Shown piece after piece: positions 17,011 through 36,658 of a DNA stretch of 64,000 bases. The notes beneath the pieces were generated by a model. That model saw nothing but the letters and a program-made list of their open reading frames with translations. It was not told the DNA's origin and ran no database searches. A program made the position numbers and the translations under genes. The stretch comes from the human T2T-CHM13v2.0 reference genome, Homo sapiens. The stretch lies in NCBI RefSeq assembly GCF_009914755.1, contig NC_060940.1; one strand, given 5' to 3'. Each line of letters opens with the position of its first letter. Within the stretch, counting starts at the first letter, position 1.

Positions 17011-18155
17011 GTAATAAATATCATAAGAAAAGGGGAGAAATGGGAAAAACAAAAGCCAGAAGGACTGGGGTCAGAAGGACTAGACTAGTTATTTACACAG
17101 TTTGGCTTTCTGAATAAGCAGCCTCCTTTGAGGCAGCAGGTCATTGTTTATCTAGATAAGATAGCTGAGAAACAAAAGCTTCTGTGGCCTTTTTCTATTC
17201 ACCTTACAGTGTGTCTAAAACAACCATGGCAAGAGTCCTTAGCTAGATATACACCTAAGGGGATTAAAGAGGTACAGATGGACAAGCTCATAGGATTTCC
17301 CATTTACTGCTATAGAGGCCCACATTCAGGAATCTTTCTTTGAGCCTGCAGATCCTACCTACCCAAGCTACCGTGTATCCTTTGCTCTCTATCTATGATG
17401 GAGAAAAAAGGGATTGTGCAGTAATTGCTGCATGACCACATATACATAGGGGTGTCACAAAAGCCAGCAGTCAGAATTTGCTGTTATGCTATTTTCAGTA
17501 TCAAGAACCCAGATAAAAGCAATCTTCAGGAAGTAAAATCAAAATATTTACCTTTCCTTTGGATAAAATGTTTAAATTCTCCAAATTTAAAAATTAAAGT
17601 TACCCTCTACATTCAGAGCTATGGAGAGTGTGATGTTGTTTATAGCTCTCCAAACAGCCAGATTTGATATATGATATTAGAATATTTTCTCCTCTCTGGT
17701 TTTGTTACCTTCTTCTGAAACAATAACTTTTGTTTTATGTGGTTTAAGTATCTTTTCTATTTTAATTAATAAAAATTTAAATATTATCAATCCTCAGGCA
17801 GCATATTTTATAAAAGGCTATCAAAAGTCACTTCTTATTTCAATTCTTCTTGGTATAATGTACCTGGTCTTATTAAAATTACCCACAAAATAAATAATCC
17901 TTTCTGATTAAATTATTCAAACAGTACCACTAATACTGAAAAGTGATGTGACAGAAGTCTTAGTATTTGGAATTTATCTTTAGAATTCTTAAGTTTTCCA
18001 TGAAGTACTCCATTTAAATCTCCATTGTTTTCTTTAACCCATGGGGAAATTATTACACTCTTTTCAGGCAAGGTAGTAATAGGTTCCTTTAACCATGTCA
18101 ATAAGCATTACAGTAGTAGGTAACAAAAGCAAATATGCATACATGTGTCACCTCT

Positions 18156-18420
18156 TTCTTTTTCTTTCTTTTTTCTTTTTTGAGAGAGGGTCTTTCTTGC
18201 TCTGTCACCTAGGCTGGAGTGCAGTGGCATGTGCCACCTAGGACTACAGGCGTGTGCCACCACGGCTGGTTAAGAGATAGGGTTTCACTGTCGTGTAGGC
18301 TGGGGTGTAGTGGCGCAATCACGGCTCACTGCAGACTCAAACTATTGGGCTCAAGCAATCTTCTCACCTCAGCCTTGCAACATGCTGGGATTATAGGTAT
18401 GAGCCACCATGCCTGTGGCC
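18156..18420 (-). mobile_element. AluJ, internally rearranged
   Basis: reverse Alu pieces with a repeated right-arm segment. Confidence 0.75.
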
Positions 18421-18467
18421 CACGTGTCATTTCTTGAAACACAGACATGGTCTGATATATAGCTTAC

Positions 18468-18593
18468 GTAGGCAAAAACCACTTCAACATGTTTAAACTT
18501 TAGAAGAAAATGAATGCACAACCAGGGAAAAGCCAAATCAGACTTGTAAATCCATCAAGAAGATTCTTCGAATTTACTTCCAGTCATCACCAA
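18468..18593 (-). other. Candidate exon B (126 nt; non-coding/5'UTR or poison)
   Basis: minus-strand acceptor CTTTTTTTGTTGGATAG| and donor TAC|GTAAGC; stops in all three frames; ends with AAACATG (MLKWFLP...). Confidence 0.35.
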
Positions 18594-18867
18594 CTATCCA
18601 ACAAAAAAAGTAACTATTTTTTTCTACTCTATATTCAGTGTGAAAGCTAAACAGAAATGTTATATATAAAAATAGAAGGATCTCGGTTTGGGGGATTTGA
18701 AATATATATAATTTAGATTACCTTTTATTTGTTTGCTGTTTATCATTTACTTATTTTGCCTAGGTGCATAAGAAATAGCATTGTGGGTCAATGAAGCAAA
18801 AGCTAAAAATGCCTAATATCAATGGTAGCAAAATTTTATCTCATTAACATACAGTTAAAATACTTAC

Positions 18868-18948
18868 CTCACATATTACTTACATAAAATCACATCCATG
18901 ATTAGGTTCAGGTATACTCCTCCATTTGAAAATTTTATACCTTCCCCT
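18868..18948 (-). other. Candidate exon A (81 nt, or 65 nt using the proximal donor at 18884)
   Basis: strong acceptor TTTTCTTTTTCCCTACAG| and tandem donors TAT|GTAAGT and GAG|GTAAGT in unique sequence. Confidence 0.5.
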
Positions 18949-19002
18949 CTGTAGGGAAAAAGAAAATCTATTTTCTTTCTCGAAAATAAAAATAGCATGA
19001 GT

Positions 19003-20021
<1,019 letters not shown>

Positions 20022-20151
20022 TCAATTTGCAGAGACAAATTTACATATAAATAAAAGTATGCCTGCAGCTTGTAAGTTCAATCAATAAAGCCACAAGCAT
20101 TTGTTAAATGCTTCCTATATGCCTAAAAAAAAAATAAATAAAAATTAAAAA
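20022..20151 (+). mobile_element. L1 3' transduced segment plus second poly-A
   Basis: non-L1 sequence between the L1 tail and a second A-tail, inside the TSD; AATAAA at 20084-20089. Confidence 0.85.
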
Positions 20152-20404
20152 AAAAATAGCATGAGTTCCAAATTCCAAAGGTGGAATATTTCAGTGATAA
20201 ACCCGGAGAAAAATAAGTCACCAATAGTGTAGGTAAAAAGATTTTCCCGAAAGACTACTTTCTCCTGATACAAAAAAGCTACTGCTTTAATAAAGGACAT
20301 CATTCGATTCATGTTATAAAACATACAAGTTAGTAACTTATACTGCTTGCAGATAAATACACTTATAGTAGAAATATAAAAACATGTGTAAGAATGAAAA
20401 TTCT

Positions 20405-20712
20405 GGGCAGGCAAGGTGGCTCATGCCAGTAATCTCAGGACTTTGGGAGGCCAAGGCAGGAGGATCACTTGAGCCCAGGAGTTCGAGATCAGCCTGGGCA
20501 ATATGTTGAGACCCTACCTCTACAAAAAAATATACAAAAATTAGCTGGGTATGGTAGTGCACACCTCTAGTCTCAGCTACTCAGGAGGCTAAGGTGGGAG
20601 GACTGCTTGAGACCAGGAGGTGGTGGTGGCAGTGAGCAGAGATCACACTACTGCACTCCAGTCGATGTGACCAAGTGAGAACCTGTCTCAAAAAAAAAAA
20701 AAAAAAAGAAAA
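20405..20712 (+). mobile_element. AluJ
   Basis: full dimer. Confidence 0.9.
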
Positions 20713-21076
20713 AGGAAATCTGTCATGAAACACTACTAGGGAAGGAGGGAGAGAGGACAATGAAATAGGAGAGGTAAACAATGGGAACAATAATTGTATT
20801 TCTAACATGTAATTGGAGGAGAAGGAACAGCAACAGGGAATAATGCACAGTGCTAACATTTTACAAAGCTTGGACTAGGCACATAGGTGTTTACTATACT
20901 ATTCTCTATTTTTATCTGTATATTTAAAATATTTCATAAAATACCATTTATGTAACAAAAAAGCATATGCAGCAATAAATATACAAAAGATTAAAAATTC
21001 TAAAACTTTATTAAAAGACAATAGAAAAGATATAAATAAATGGAAAGATATAAATGCATATTTATGATAAAAAGGC

Positions 21077-21378
21077 TTTTTCTTTTTTTTTTTTTTTGAG
21101 AACAAGTTTCGCTCGTGTTGCCGAGGCTGGAGTTCAATAGCACAACCTTGGCTCACCGCAACCTTCGCCTCTTAGGTTCAAGCGATTCTCCTGCCTCAGC
21201 CTCCTGAGTAGCTGGCATTACAGGCATGCGCCACCACACTGGCTGATTTTGTATTTTTAGTAGAGATGGGGTTTTTCCATGTTGGTCAGGATGATCTTGA
21301 GCTCCCAACCTCTGGTGATCAGCGCCCCTCGGCCTCCCAAAGTGCTGGGATTACAGGTGTGAGCCACTGCGCCTGGCC
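21077..21378 (-). mobile_element. AluSp-like
   Basis: CATGTTGGTCAGG, CTCACCGCAACC. Confidence 0.88.
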
Positions 21379-21541
21379 TAAAGGCTCTACGTTTTAAGGA
21401 GAGCAATTCTACCTGAAATCAACCAATAAATTTAAAAATTTCAATAGCCTTTGTCTTGAACATGACAAGTGACCATAAAATGTACATGAAAAAGCCAAGA
21501 GGAGGGAATGGCCAATATACTCACGAAGAAGGACAAATTGA

Positions 21542-21889
<348 letters not shown>

Positions 21890-22208
21890 TGAGCCAAGAT
21901 AAAGACATAGTGGTAGTAGTACAGCAACTGAGAACCAAGAGAACTCTTTCACACCAAATCACTGCCAGGTGGAGCACATTCCTAAATGTAAGAGACATAC
22001 TGTACTATTTTTCTTCTGTAAAAACAGTAAAACACAATTTATAACAGAATTTTTATAATACGACAGCAGGAAAGGATTTCTTACACAAAAGACTGAAAGC
22101 ATTAACTATTTAAAAAGATTAATAAATTGGACTACATTAAAATCAAGAGCTTTTACTCATCACAAAGTACAATAAAAAACGTTTAAAGTCACAAATTAAG
22201 AGATGTTT

Positions 22209-22211
<3 letters not shown>

Positions 22212-22241
<30 letters not shown>
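22212..22241. repeat. (CA)n microsatellite
   Basis: ~15 AC units. Confidence 0.95.
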
Positions 22242-22243
<2 letters not shown>

Positions 22244-22385
22244 AACAAAAGATTCTCATCCAGAATATTTAAATGACTACCATAATTTAATAACAAATGA
22301 AAAATGAATAGAAAAACTGGCAAAAAAGCTGTTCAGAGAAAAGAAAACACAAGTGGCCATAAACATTTGAAAAGACATTCAATAC

Positions 22386-22636
22386 AGCCGATGCTGTGGC
22401 TCACGCCTGTAATCCCAGCACTTTGGGAGGCCCAGGTGGGGGGATCACAAGGTCAGGAGTTCGAGATCAGCCTAGCCAACATGGTGAAACACTGTCTCTA
22501 CTAAAAATACAAAAATTACTGGGACATGACGGCATGCGCCTGTAATCCCAGCTACTCAGGAGGCTGAGGCAAGAGAATTGTTTGAACTCAGGAGTCGACA
22601 GAGCAAGACTCCATCAAAAAAAAAAAAAAAAAAAAA
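22386..22636 (+). mobile_element. AluSg with right-arm deletion
   Basis: TSD AAAAGACATTCAAT. Confidence 0.88.
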
Positions 22637-23452
22637 AAGACATTCAATCTTATTATTAATGAGGTAACTGCAAACTGAAATAAAAAGATACCATTTCAGA
22701 ACCACAAGGCCAACAAATATTTTTAAATCCCAACAAATATAGATGTTGTCAGAATGAGAGGAATTCATGCATATCATTAGTGAAAGCAAAAATCAGTATA
22801 AGCACTTTGGAGAAAATAATTGGCATTTCTAATAAAGCTAAAGATCCACACAGTCCCTGGCCCAGCAAGTCCACTCCCAGATAAAGATGGAATATAGACT
22901 AGATGTGTGTGTGCATCAGATATACATACAAAAAACATTTTATCAGCATTATTTGTAGCAAGAAAAAACAATTTGTAGCAAAAGCCTAATTTTTCATTAA
23001 CAGTAGAATAAATACATCATATAGCAGTGGAAAGGAAAATTAAACTATAGCTACATTGGTCAACTTGACTAAAACTTAAACGTAACTGTGCACTAAAAGA
23101 GGTAGGGATTTGAAATAGGACAATACCAATGATTCAAGGGAACTGAATGAAAGAACTAAGTTGGCAAAAGGAGAGCAGAGAAGCAGAAGCAAATGGAAAG
23201 AAGAGGTCTTAAAGAACCAGTTTGGGGAAATTTGAAGTTTCCCAAAGAAGACAGTGAAGTTCCACAAGAAGGAAGTGGACAGAGTAGAGTTGGTGGAGCA
23301 CATACTTAGCAGGGGTTTGAGAAGACAGTTTTCAGTCGACTTAGATGGTCCCATGGGAGAAGCAGGATCCAGTTTAGAAAGAACAGAGAGGACCTTAAAA
23401 ATTATCTGTAGCCTGAGTAACAACTTCCAACTAAGCCAACTTCTGATCATAG

Positions 23453-24176
<724 letters not shown>

Positions 24177-24459
24177 TCTTCTTTTTAACTAATGGTTTCT
24201 ATCCGGGAACTCAGAACCAAAACTAATGACCCTTTTATGACATAAACATCTCCAAAAAACGATGTGTTTGCTGTAATCTCTGCCTGGACCACTCTGTCCC
24301 TCTGTCGCCAGATATCCAGATGATTCTCTCCTTCACCTCTCCTTTACCTCCCACTTTACTCAAATGACAATAAGGACTCCCCTGACCTTACAATGGATTA
24401 CATTATCAGTCTCTATGCTTCACTCCTCTGTAGTACTATCACATATCTACATTTCTGGT

Positions 24460-24830
24460 GTCATGGTGGCCAAATGTATGTCCTAGCCCCTAGACTTTAG
24501 CCTTGACCATACAATTTGTTTGGTTGCTAGGAAGTTAGCAGACATGATTCAAGCAGAGACTTAAAATGGTTTGCACTGCTAGCCTTGGTCTCTTGCACTC
24601 CTGCTTTTGGCCATGCAAAAATAACATAATTCGGTATTCCACTGGTGCCAGAAGAATGGGAGACATGTGGAGAACACCTGAACCTGAGCCATACCCTGGA
24701 GTCCTATCTAGCCTGGTATACATATATAGAACCCTAGGAGATCAACCAACATACATGTCTGGTGTTTGTAAGCCATTGACTTTTAGGCAGTTTGTTATAC
24801 AGCACTATTGTAAAAACAGCAAATAGAAAC
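24460..24830 (+). mobile_element. MLT1 (J/I-like) LTR relic
   Basis: 3' end TGTAAGCCATTGACTTTTAGGCAGTTTGTTATACAGCACTATTG. Confidence 0.6.
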
Positions 24831-24839
24831 TGAAAACCA

Positions 24840-25066
24840 CCAACATCCAGACAGTCCTCACCCTCTTTCCTGGCTTATTTGTCTTCACAGCACTTAAGAT
24901 ACTATGTATTTTACATCTTTATTTTCTGTCCCTCTACATACACGCATCCACACACAAATAAAAGCTCCACGAAATAATTTTTGCTTCTTTTGTTTATTGT
25001 TATCACTCCTGCACCAAGACTAGCATTTGGCACATAACAAGTGTTCAATAAACATTTGTTGAATAA
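24840..25066 (+). mobile_element. L2 3' end
   Basis: TGGCACATAACAAGTGTTCAATAAACATTTGTTGAAT. Confidence 0.75.
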
Positions 25067-25069
25067 TTT

Positions 25070-25880
25070 AAAAAACAGCCAAAGTCCTCATACTCATGGA
25101 ACTTATGTTTTAGTGGGGAAAAACAGAAATTAACAAGTATACAAATAATTATCATTAGATAGTTATGAGTGTTATAAGGAAACAACAATGATGAAATAGA
25201 AAATGATAAAGTATAAGCAGGAAGGGTTGTATAGGTGATTTTTCTTAAAGTTGCCATGCGGGGGTATCAAATAAACTGAATTCTGAATACAGGGCCTTAT
25301 ATGCATATGGGATGCCATTCTAGGCAAAGAGAACTGAAAATGTAATGACACTAGGGCAGGAACAAGCTTGCTGTTCAAAAACAGAAAGAGCACCTATAGT
25401 AGTAAGAGACGAAGTAGACAAACATCTGATGTACCAAGGGCCTCATGGGCCACAGTAGGGTCTTTGGGTTTTATTCTGATTACAGTTGGGAGCCTTTGGA
25501 GGGTCTTATGTAGGGAAATGATTTATTTTTAAGGTCATTTTGTTTGTTAGATTGACTGTAGGGGGCAAGAAGGGAAGTACGGAGATAAGTAAAGGAGCTA
25601 CTGCAACAGTATGGGCAAGTGAGTATGACAACCAGGCCCAGGACTGAGGTAGTGGTGGAGCGGGTGAGCTGTTGAGGACATCTTTTGAAAGTAGAGCCAA
25701 AAGGACTTGCTGATTGAAGAGATGTGTTGTATGAGAGAAGGAGAGGCATCTGGAGGCTGAAGTGATTGGAATCAAGAATAGCCTCTTAATTTCTGTCTGA
25801 ATAACTTATCAAAGAGTAGTTTCATTAACTGAGTTGAAGATGAGCAGTTAAGGGGGAAGCGACACCATGGGCTCCATTTT
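25070..25880 (-). mobile_element. L2a fragment
   Basis: CTCATGGAACTTATGTTTTAGTGGG...CATTCTAGGCAAAGAGAAC...TTTTGAAAGTAGAGCCAAAAGGACTTGCTGAT. Confidence 0.7.
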
Positions 25881-26127
25881 GTACACTTATTGATCTGCTT
25901 CTCCATACAAGGCACTGTGTTACACAGAAGTCATAGGTATCTGTTTTAAAGAACATTAAGCTTTTGTCAATTGCTAAGTAGAATCAATGGTTTCACTGCT
26001 GTCTGGATACTACTGGACTAAAGTCAAACCAAAACAAAAGCAAAAACAAAACAGTCCATGACAGACAGATATTATTAGTTGTCTTCCCAATACCCAGCCT
26101 CCTTTCCTCCTTATTAAAAATCTCTTA

Positions 26128-26771
<644 letters not shown>

Positions 26772-26784
26772 TTAAAGATACTCA

Positions 26785-27045
26785 CTGTGTATACCATTTA
26801 TGTTAAAAAAAAAAAAAAAAAAGTAGGGGGGAAGAATACATATTTGATGTGCTTGCATATACATTTTTAAATCTCTAGAAGGATTAAAAAAGAGATTAAT
26901 ACCAGTGGTAATTTGTTGTGAGGAGGGTAGGTAAGGCAAGATACAGAATGACAGGGATGTGGATACAAAAGTGAGATTTTCACCATAAACTCTTTCACAC
27001 TCTGATATTTTAAGCTTAAGAATGTCTTGGCTACTAAAAAAACAT
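26785..27045 (+). mobile_element. L1MC4a-like 3' end
   Basis: TCTCTAGAAGGATTAAAAAAGAGATTAATACCAGTGGT...GAGATTTTCACCATA. Confidence 0.5.
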
Positions 27046-27949
27046 GTAAAAATATATATATATTTTTAATTTCACCATCTCATATTCCCTCACAAAGGTA
27101 ACCAGGTAACAGTATTAGCTAATGAGAAATAAATGAAAGCCCTTGAGGAGGGTTTCTCTTTCCTAGTAAACATATAGCTTAGCAAGAAGATTTCTGCCTT
27201 TTGCCTTTGTTATTTTTCCCTCCTTATTACCTGAGATGTGGATGTAATGTCTGCAGTCGGAACAACCATTTTTTGACTAGAAGAACAAAAGTTACCCATT
27301 AAAGATAGAAAAACAGGAAGCTGTCAGAGAGAAACTGGGTCCTTGATGACTCTCTCAAATAGCTAATTAGTGCTTAACTACTTCTGAACTACTTGTTTAA
27401 TAAGAAAATATAACATTAATCCACAGCAGTTAAGATGAAGTTGTAATTGATATAGTCTTAGAACCCACAATAAAATCCTGCACCATAATGCAAAAGAGGC
27501 TAATGGGTGGTCATAATGACAGAAAAAGGTGACATAAGAAACATAATGCCCTCAAGGCACTTCTAAGTTAACTTCTAAGAATAGATGGTATTACATAATT
27601 TCAAAGTCCCATAATTTACCCATCCTAGTATGTGTTTGGATGGCTGGGTTTCTCAACAATGTGAACATTTCCATTGATCTCTTGTCTTACATGAGTATAA
27701 GAAGATACTGTGAGGAGCAAAGGGAAGATTTAAAGAGAATAATTCTGAGTCTTGGCTATGCCTAATCATATGACTTTTAGGTATTAGCTTGGGAGTTGGC
27801 ATAAAATCATTCCTGTTGTTGCAATTTCATAATGAGAATTACAGAATAGACTTCTAAAACTAACGAGGCTTAAATCTTGTTATTTTAACTGAAAGGAATA
27901 TTTTAAGATGATGGTCAAGAATTAAGTTTGCAAAGGAATTGTTCTTTTG

Positions 27950-28853
<904 letters not shown>

Positions 28854-29211
28854 TAAGAATTGTTCTTATATTCATGTTTGATTGCTTTTTGTTTATTTAT
28901 TTTTTAAGAGACAAGGTTTCACCCTGTCACCCTCACCCAGGTTGATATACAGTGGCTCAATCATAGCTCACTGTAGCCTTAAACACCTAGGCTCAAGTGA
29001 TCTTCCTGCTCAGCATGCAGAATAGCCAGGACTGGCAAGGCTAATTTTTTTTTTTTTTGTAGAAATGGGTTTTTGCAACAAGCGCGGTGGCTCATGCCTG
29101 TAATCCCAGCATTTTGGGAGGCTGAGGCGGGTGGATCACCAGGTCAGGAGTTCGAGACCAGCCTGACCAACATGGTGTAAATCTCATCTCTACTAAAAAT
29201 ACAAAAATTAG

Positions 29212-30241
29212 GGGAGGGTGGAGCCAAGATGGCTGAATAGGAACAGCTCCAGTCTACATTTCCCAGCATCAGAGCAGAAGACGGGTGATTTCTGCATTTC
29301 CAACTGAGGTACCGGATTAATCTCACTGGGGAGTGTCGGACAGTGGGTACAGGACAGTGGGTGCAGCGCACCAAGAGGGAGCAGAAGCAAGGCGAGGCAT
29401 CACCTCACCCGGGAAGCACAAGGGGTCAGGGAATTCCCTTTCCTAGTCAAAGAAAGGGGTGACAGACGGCACCTGGAAAATCGGGTCATTCCCACCCTAA
29501 TACTGCACTTTTCCAACGGTCTTAGCAAACGGCACACCAAGAGATTATATCCCGTGCCTGGCTCGGAGGGTCCTATGCCCATGGAGCCTCGCTCATTGGT
29601 AGCACAGCAGTCTGAGATCAAACTGCAAGGCGGCAGTGAGGCTGGTGTAGGGGTGCCCGTCATTGTCATTGCCAAGGCTTGAGTAGGTAAACAAAGCGGC
29701 CGGGAAGCTCAAACTGGGCGGAGCCCACCAAAGCTCAAGGAGGCCTGCCTGCTTCTGTACACTCCACCTCTGGGGGCAGGACACAGCCAAACAAAAGGCA
29801 GCAGAAACCTCTGCAGACTTAAATGTCCCTGTCTGACAGCTTTGAAGAGAGCAGTGGTTCTCCCAGCACGCAGGTGGAGATATGAGAACGGACAGACTGC
29901 CTCCTCAAGTGGGTCCCTGACCCCTGACTAGCCTAACTAGGAGGCAGCCCCCAGTAGGGGCAGACTGACACCTCACATGGCCGGGTACTCCTCTGAGACA
30001 AAACTTCCAGAGGAATGATCAGGCAGCAACATTTGCTGTTCACCAATATCCGCTGTTCTGCAGGCTCTGCTACTGATACCCAGGCAAACAGGGTCTGGAG
30101 TGGACCTCCAGAAAACTCCAACAGACGTGCAGCTGAGGATCCTGACTGTCAGAAGGAAAACTAACAAACAGAAAGGACATCCACACCAAAATCCCATCTG
30201 TATGTCACCATCAAAGACCAAAGGTAGATAAAACCACAAAC
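29212..30241. promoter_or_regulatory. L1 5'UTR internal sense promoter and antisense promoter (ASP)
   Basis: YY1 core CAAGATGGC; retains the ~129-bp segment (~29992-30120) deleted in L1PA2/L1HS. Confidence 0.75.
29400..29669 (-). CDS. L1 ORF0 (antisense), intact, 89 aa from the first ATG
   Basis: MTMTGTPTPASLPPCSLISDCC...GPSEPG...IRVGMTRFSRC matches primate L1 ORF0; a 6-bp duplication adds an upstream ATG. Confidence 0.7.
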   Translation of the reverse strand: MTMTGTPTPASLPPCSLISDCCATNERGSMGIGPSEPGTGYNLLVCRLLRPLEKCSIRVGMTRFSRCRLSPLSLTRKGNSLTPCASRVR

Positions 30242-31258
30242 ATGGGGAAAAAACAGAGCAGAAAAACTGGAAACTCTAAAAACCAGAGCGCCTCTCCTCC
30301 TCCAAAGGAACGCAGCTCCTCACCAGCAATGGAACAAAGTTGGATGGAGAATGACTTTGACGAGTTGAGAGAAGAAGGCTTCAGACGATCAAACTACTCT
30401 GAGCTAAAGGAAGAAGTCTGAACCCATGGAAAAGAAGTTAAAAACCTTGGAAAAAAATTAGACGAATGGCTAACTAGAATAACCGATGCAGAGAAGTCCT
30501 TAAAGGACCTGATGGAGCTGAAACCCATGGCACGAGAACTATATGACGAATGCACAAGCCTCAGTAGCTGATTGGATCAACTGGAAGAACGGGTATCAGT
30601 AATGGAAGATCAAATGAATGAAATGAAGCAAGAAGAGAAGTTTAGAGAAAAAAGAATAAAAAGAAACCAACAAAGCCTGCAGGAAATATGGGACTATGTG
30701 AAAAGACCAAATCTACGTCTGATTGGTGTACCTGAAAGTGACAGGGAGAATGCAACCAAGTTGGAAAACACTCTGCAGGATATTATCCAGCAGAACTTCC
30801 CCAATCTAGCAAGGCAGGCCAACATGCAAATTCAGTAAATACAGAGAATGCCACAAAGATACTCCTCAAGAAGAGCAACTCCAAGACACCTAATTGTCAG
30901 ATTCACCAAAGTTGAAATGAAGGAAAAAATGTTAAGGGCAGCCAGAGAGAAAGCTCGGGTTACCCACAAAGGGAAGCCCATCAGACTAACAGCGGATCTC
31001 TCGACAGAAACTCTACAAGCCAGAAGAGAGTGGGGACCAATATTCAACATTCTTAAAGAAAAGAATTTTCAACCCAGAATTTCATATCCAGCCAAACTAA
31101 GCTTCATAAATGAAGGAGAAATAAAATCCTTTACAGACAAGCAAATGCGGACAGATTTTGTCACCACCAGGCCTGCCCTAAAAGAGCTCCTGAAGGAAGC
31201 ACTACACATGGAAAGGAACAACCGGTACCAGCCACTGCAAAAACATGCCAAATTGTAA
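30242..31258 (+). pseudogene. L1 ORF1p (338 codons), inactivated
   Basis: ATGGGGAAAAAACAG start, ends ...QKHAKL; premature stops at ~30419, ~30568 and ~30836. Confidence 0.93.
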
Positions 31259-31321
31259 AGACCATCGAGGCTAGGAAGAAACTGCATCAACTAACGAGCA
31301 AAACAACCAGCTAACATCATA

Positions 31322-35153
<3,832 letters not shown>

Positions 35154-35417
35154 CCAATGAGAACACATGGACACAGGAAGGGGAACATCACACACCGGGG
35201 CCTGTTGTGGGGTGGGGAGAGGGGGGAGGGATAGCATTAGGAGATATAACTAATGTAAATGATGAGTTCATGGGTGCAGCACACCAACATGGCACATGTA
35301 TACATATGTAACTAATCTACACGTTGTTCACATGTACCCTAGAACTTAAAGTATGATAAAAAAAAATACAAAAATTAGCCAGGCGTGGTGGTATGTGCCT
35401 GTAACCCCAGCTACTCA

Positions 35418-35594
<177 letters not shown>

Positions 35595-35769
35595 TCATAG
35601 GATGTTATCTTCCTAAAGCACTCATAAAAAATGGAAAATGTTTGTGTTAGAAATATCCTTTCAACTCAACCCTGCCCTGAATGTCATTCAGTGTAACACA
35701 TATTTTGGTCCTTCTATTTATTACACTACAGATATTTTAAAAAACATTTTTTAGACATAGAGACAGGAT

Positions 35770-36060
35770 GGACTGGATACGGTGGCTCATGCCTGTAATC
35801 TCAGCACTTCGGGAGGCTAAGATCAGTGAAGGTCAGGAGCCGGAGACCAGCCTGGGCAACGTGGTGAAACCCCGTTTCTACTAAAAATACAAAAACGTGC
35901 GCCTGTAATCCCAGCTATCTGATGCAGGACAGTTGCTTGAATCGAGGAGGTGGAGGTTGCAGTGAGTCGAGATCACATCCCTGCACTCCAGCATAGGCAA
36001 CAGAACGAGACTCTGTCTCAAAAAAAAAAAAAAAAAAAAAAAAAAAAGAAACAAGAAACA
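35770..36060 (+). mobile_element. Degenerate AluS with deletions
   Basis: TSD-like AGA(C/T)AGGATG; long poly-A. Confidence 0.8.
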
Positions 36061-36499
36061 GATAGGATGAAATCAAATATTATAGTGATAATTGCAGCAC
36101 ACCTCCTAACTAATTTTATGATAAAGATTTTGTGTCATTTTTCTCAAGTAACTATCACATGACCAGGATATTATAGAAACTAAAAAAAAAAAAAAAAAAC
36201 AAAACTAAACTGATATAGAAAAATCAGTTTGGGTAAGAAAAAAAATAGAAGACTACTTGGTTTATCCTGAGGATCAATAATTACTTACAATATATTGATC
36301 TTATCAATTAAGACTCGTCTATGGAATTAACTTTCATGAAATTGATCAGATAATGGCAAATAAAAAACAAAAACCTCTTGCTTATTCAGAAGTATATATT
36401 ATTTCTGTACTTCAAAAAGCCATGTAAAATGATTGCCAAATGACTTAGGCAATTCTGGTGAATATTTTGATGATAAAACTTAGATTATTACATATCCTT

Positions 36500-36658
36500 G
36501 GGCTGGGCATAGTGGCTCATACCCGTTATCCCAGCAACATGGGAGGCTGAGGCAGGAGGATTGCTTGAGTCTAGGAGATTGAGGTTGCACTGAGCTATGA
36601 TTGCACCACTGTACTCCAGCCAGGGCAACACAGCAAGACCTTGTGTCTTGGAAAAAAA
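36500..36658 (+). mobile_element. Alu monomer (FRAM-like)
   Basis: single arm; TSD ATTACATATCCTTGG. Confidence 0.85.

Noticed and set aside
17913-18101. 62-aa minus-strand ORF near the candidate exons
   Set aside because: No recognisable homology or convincing splice boundaries; its length is expected by chance.
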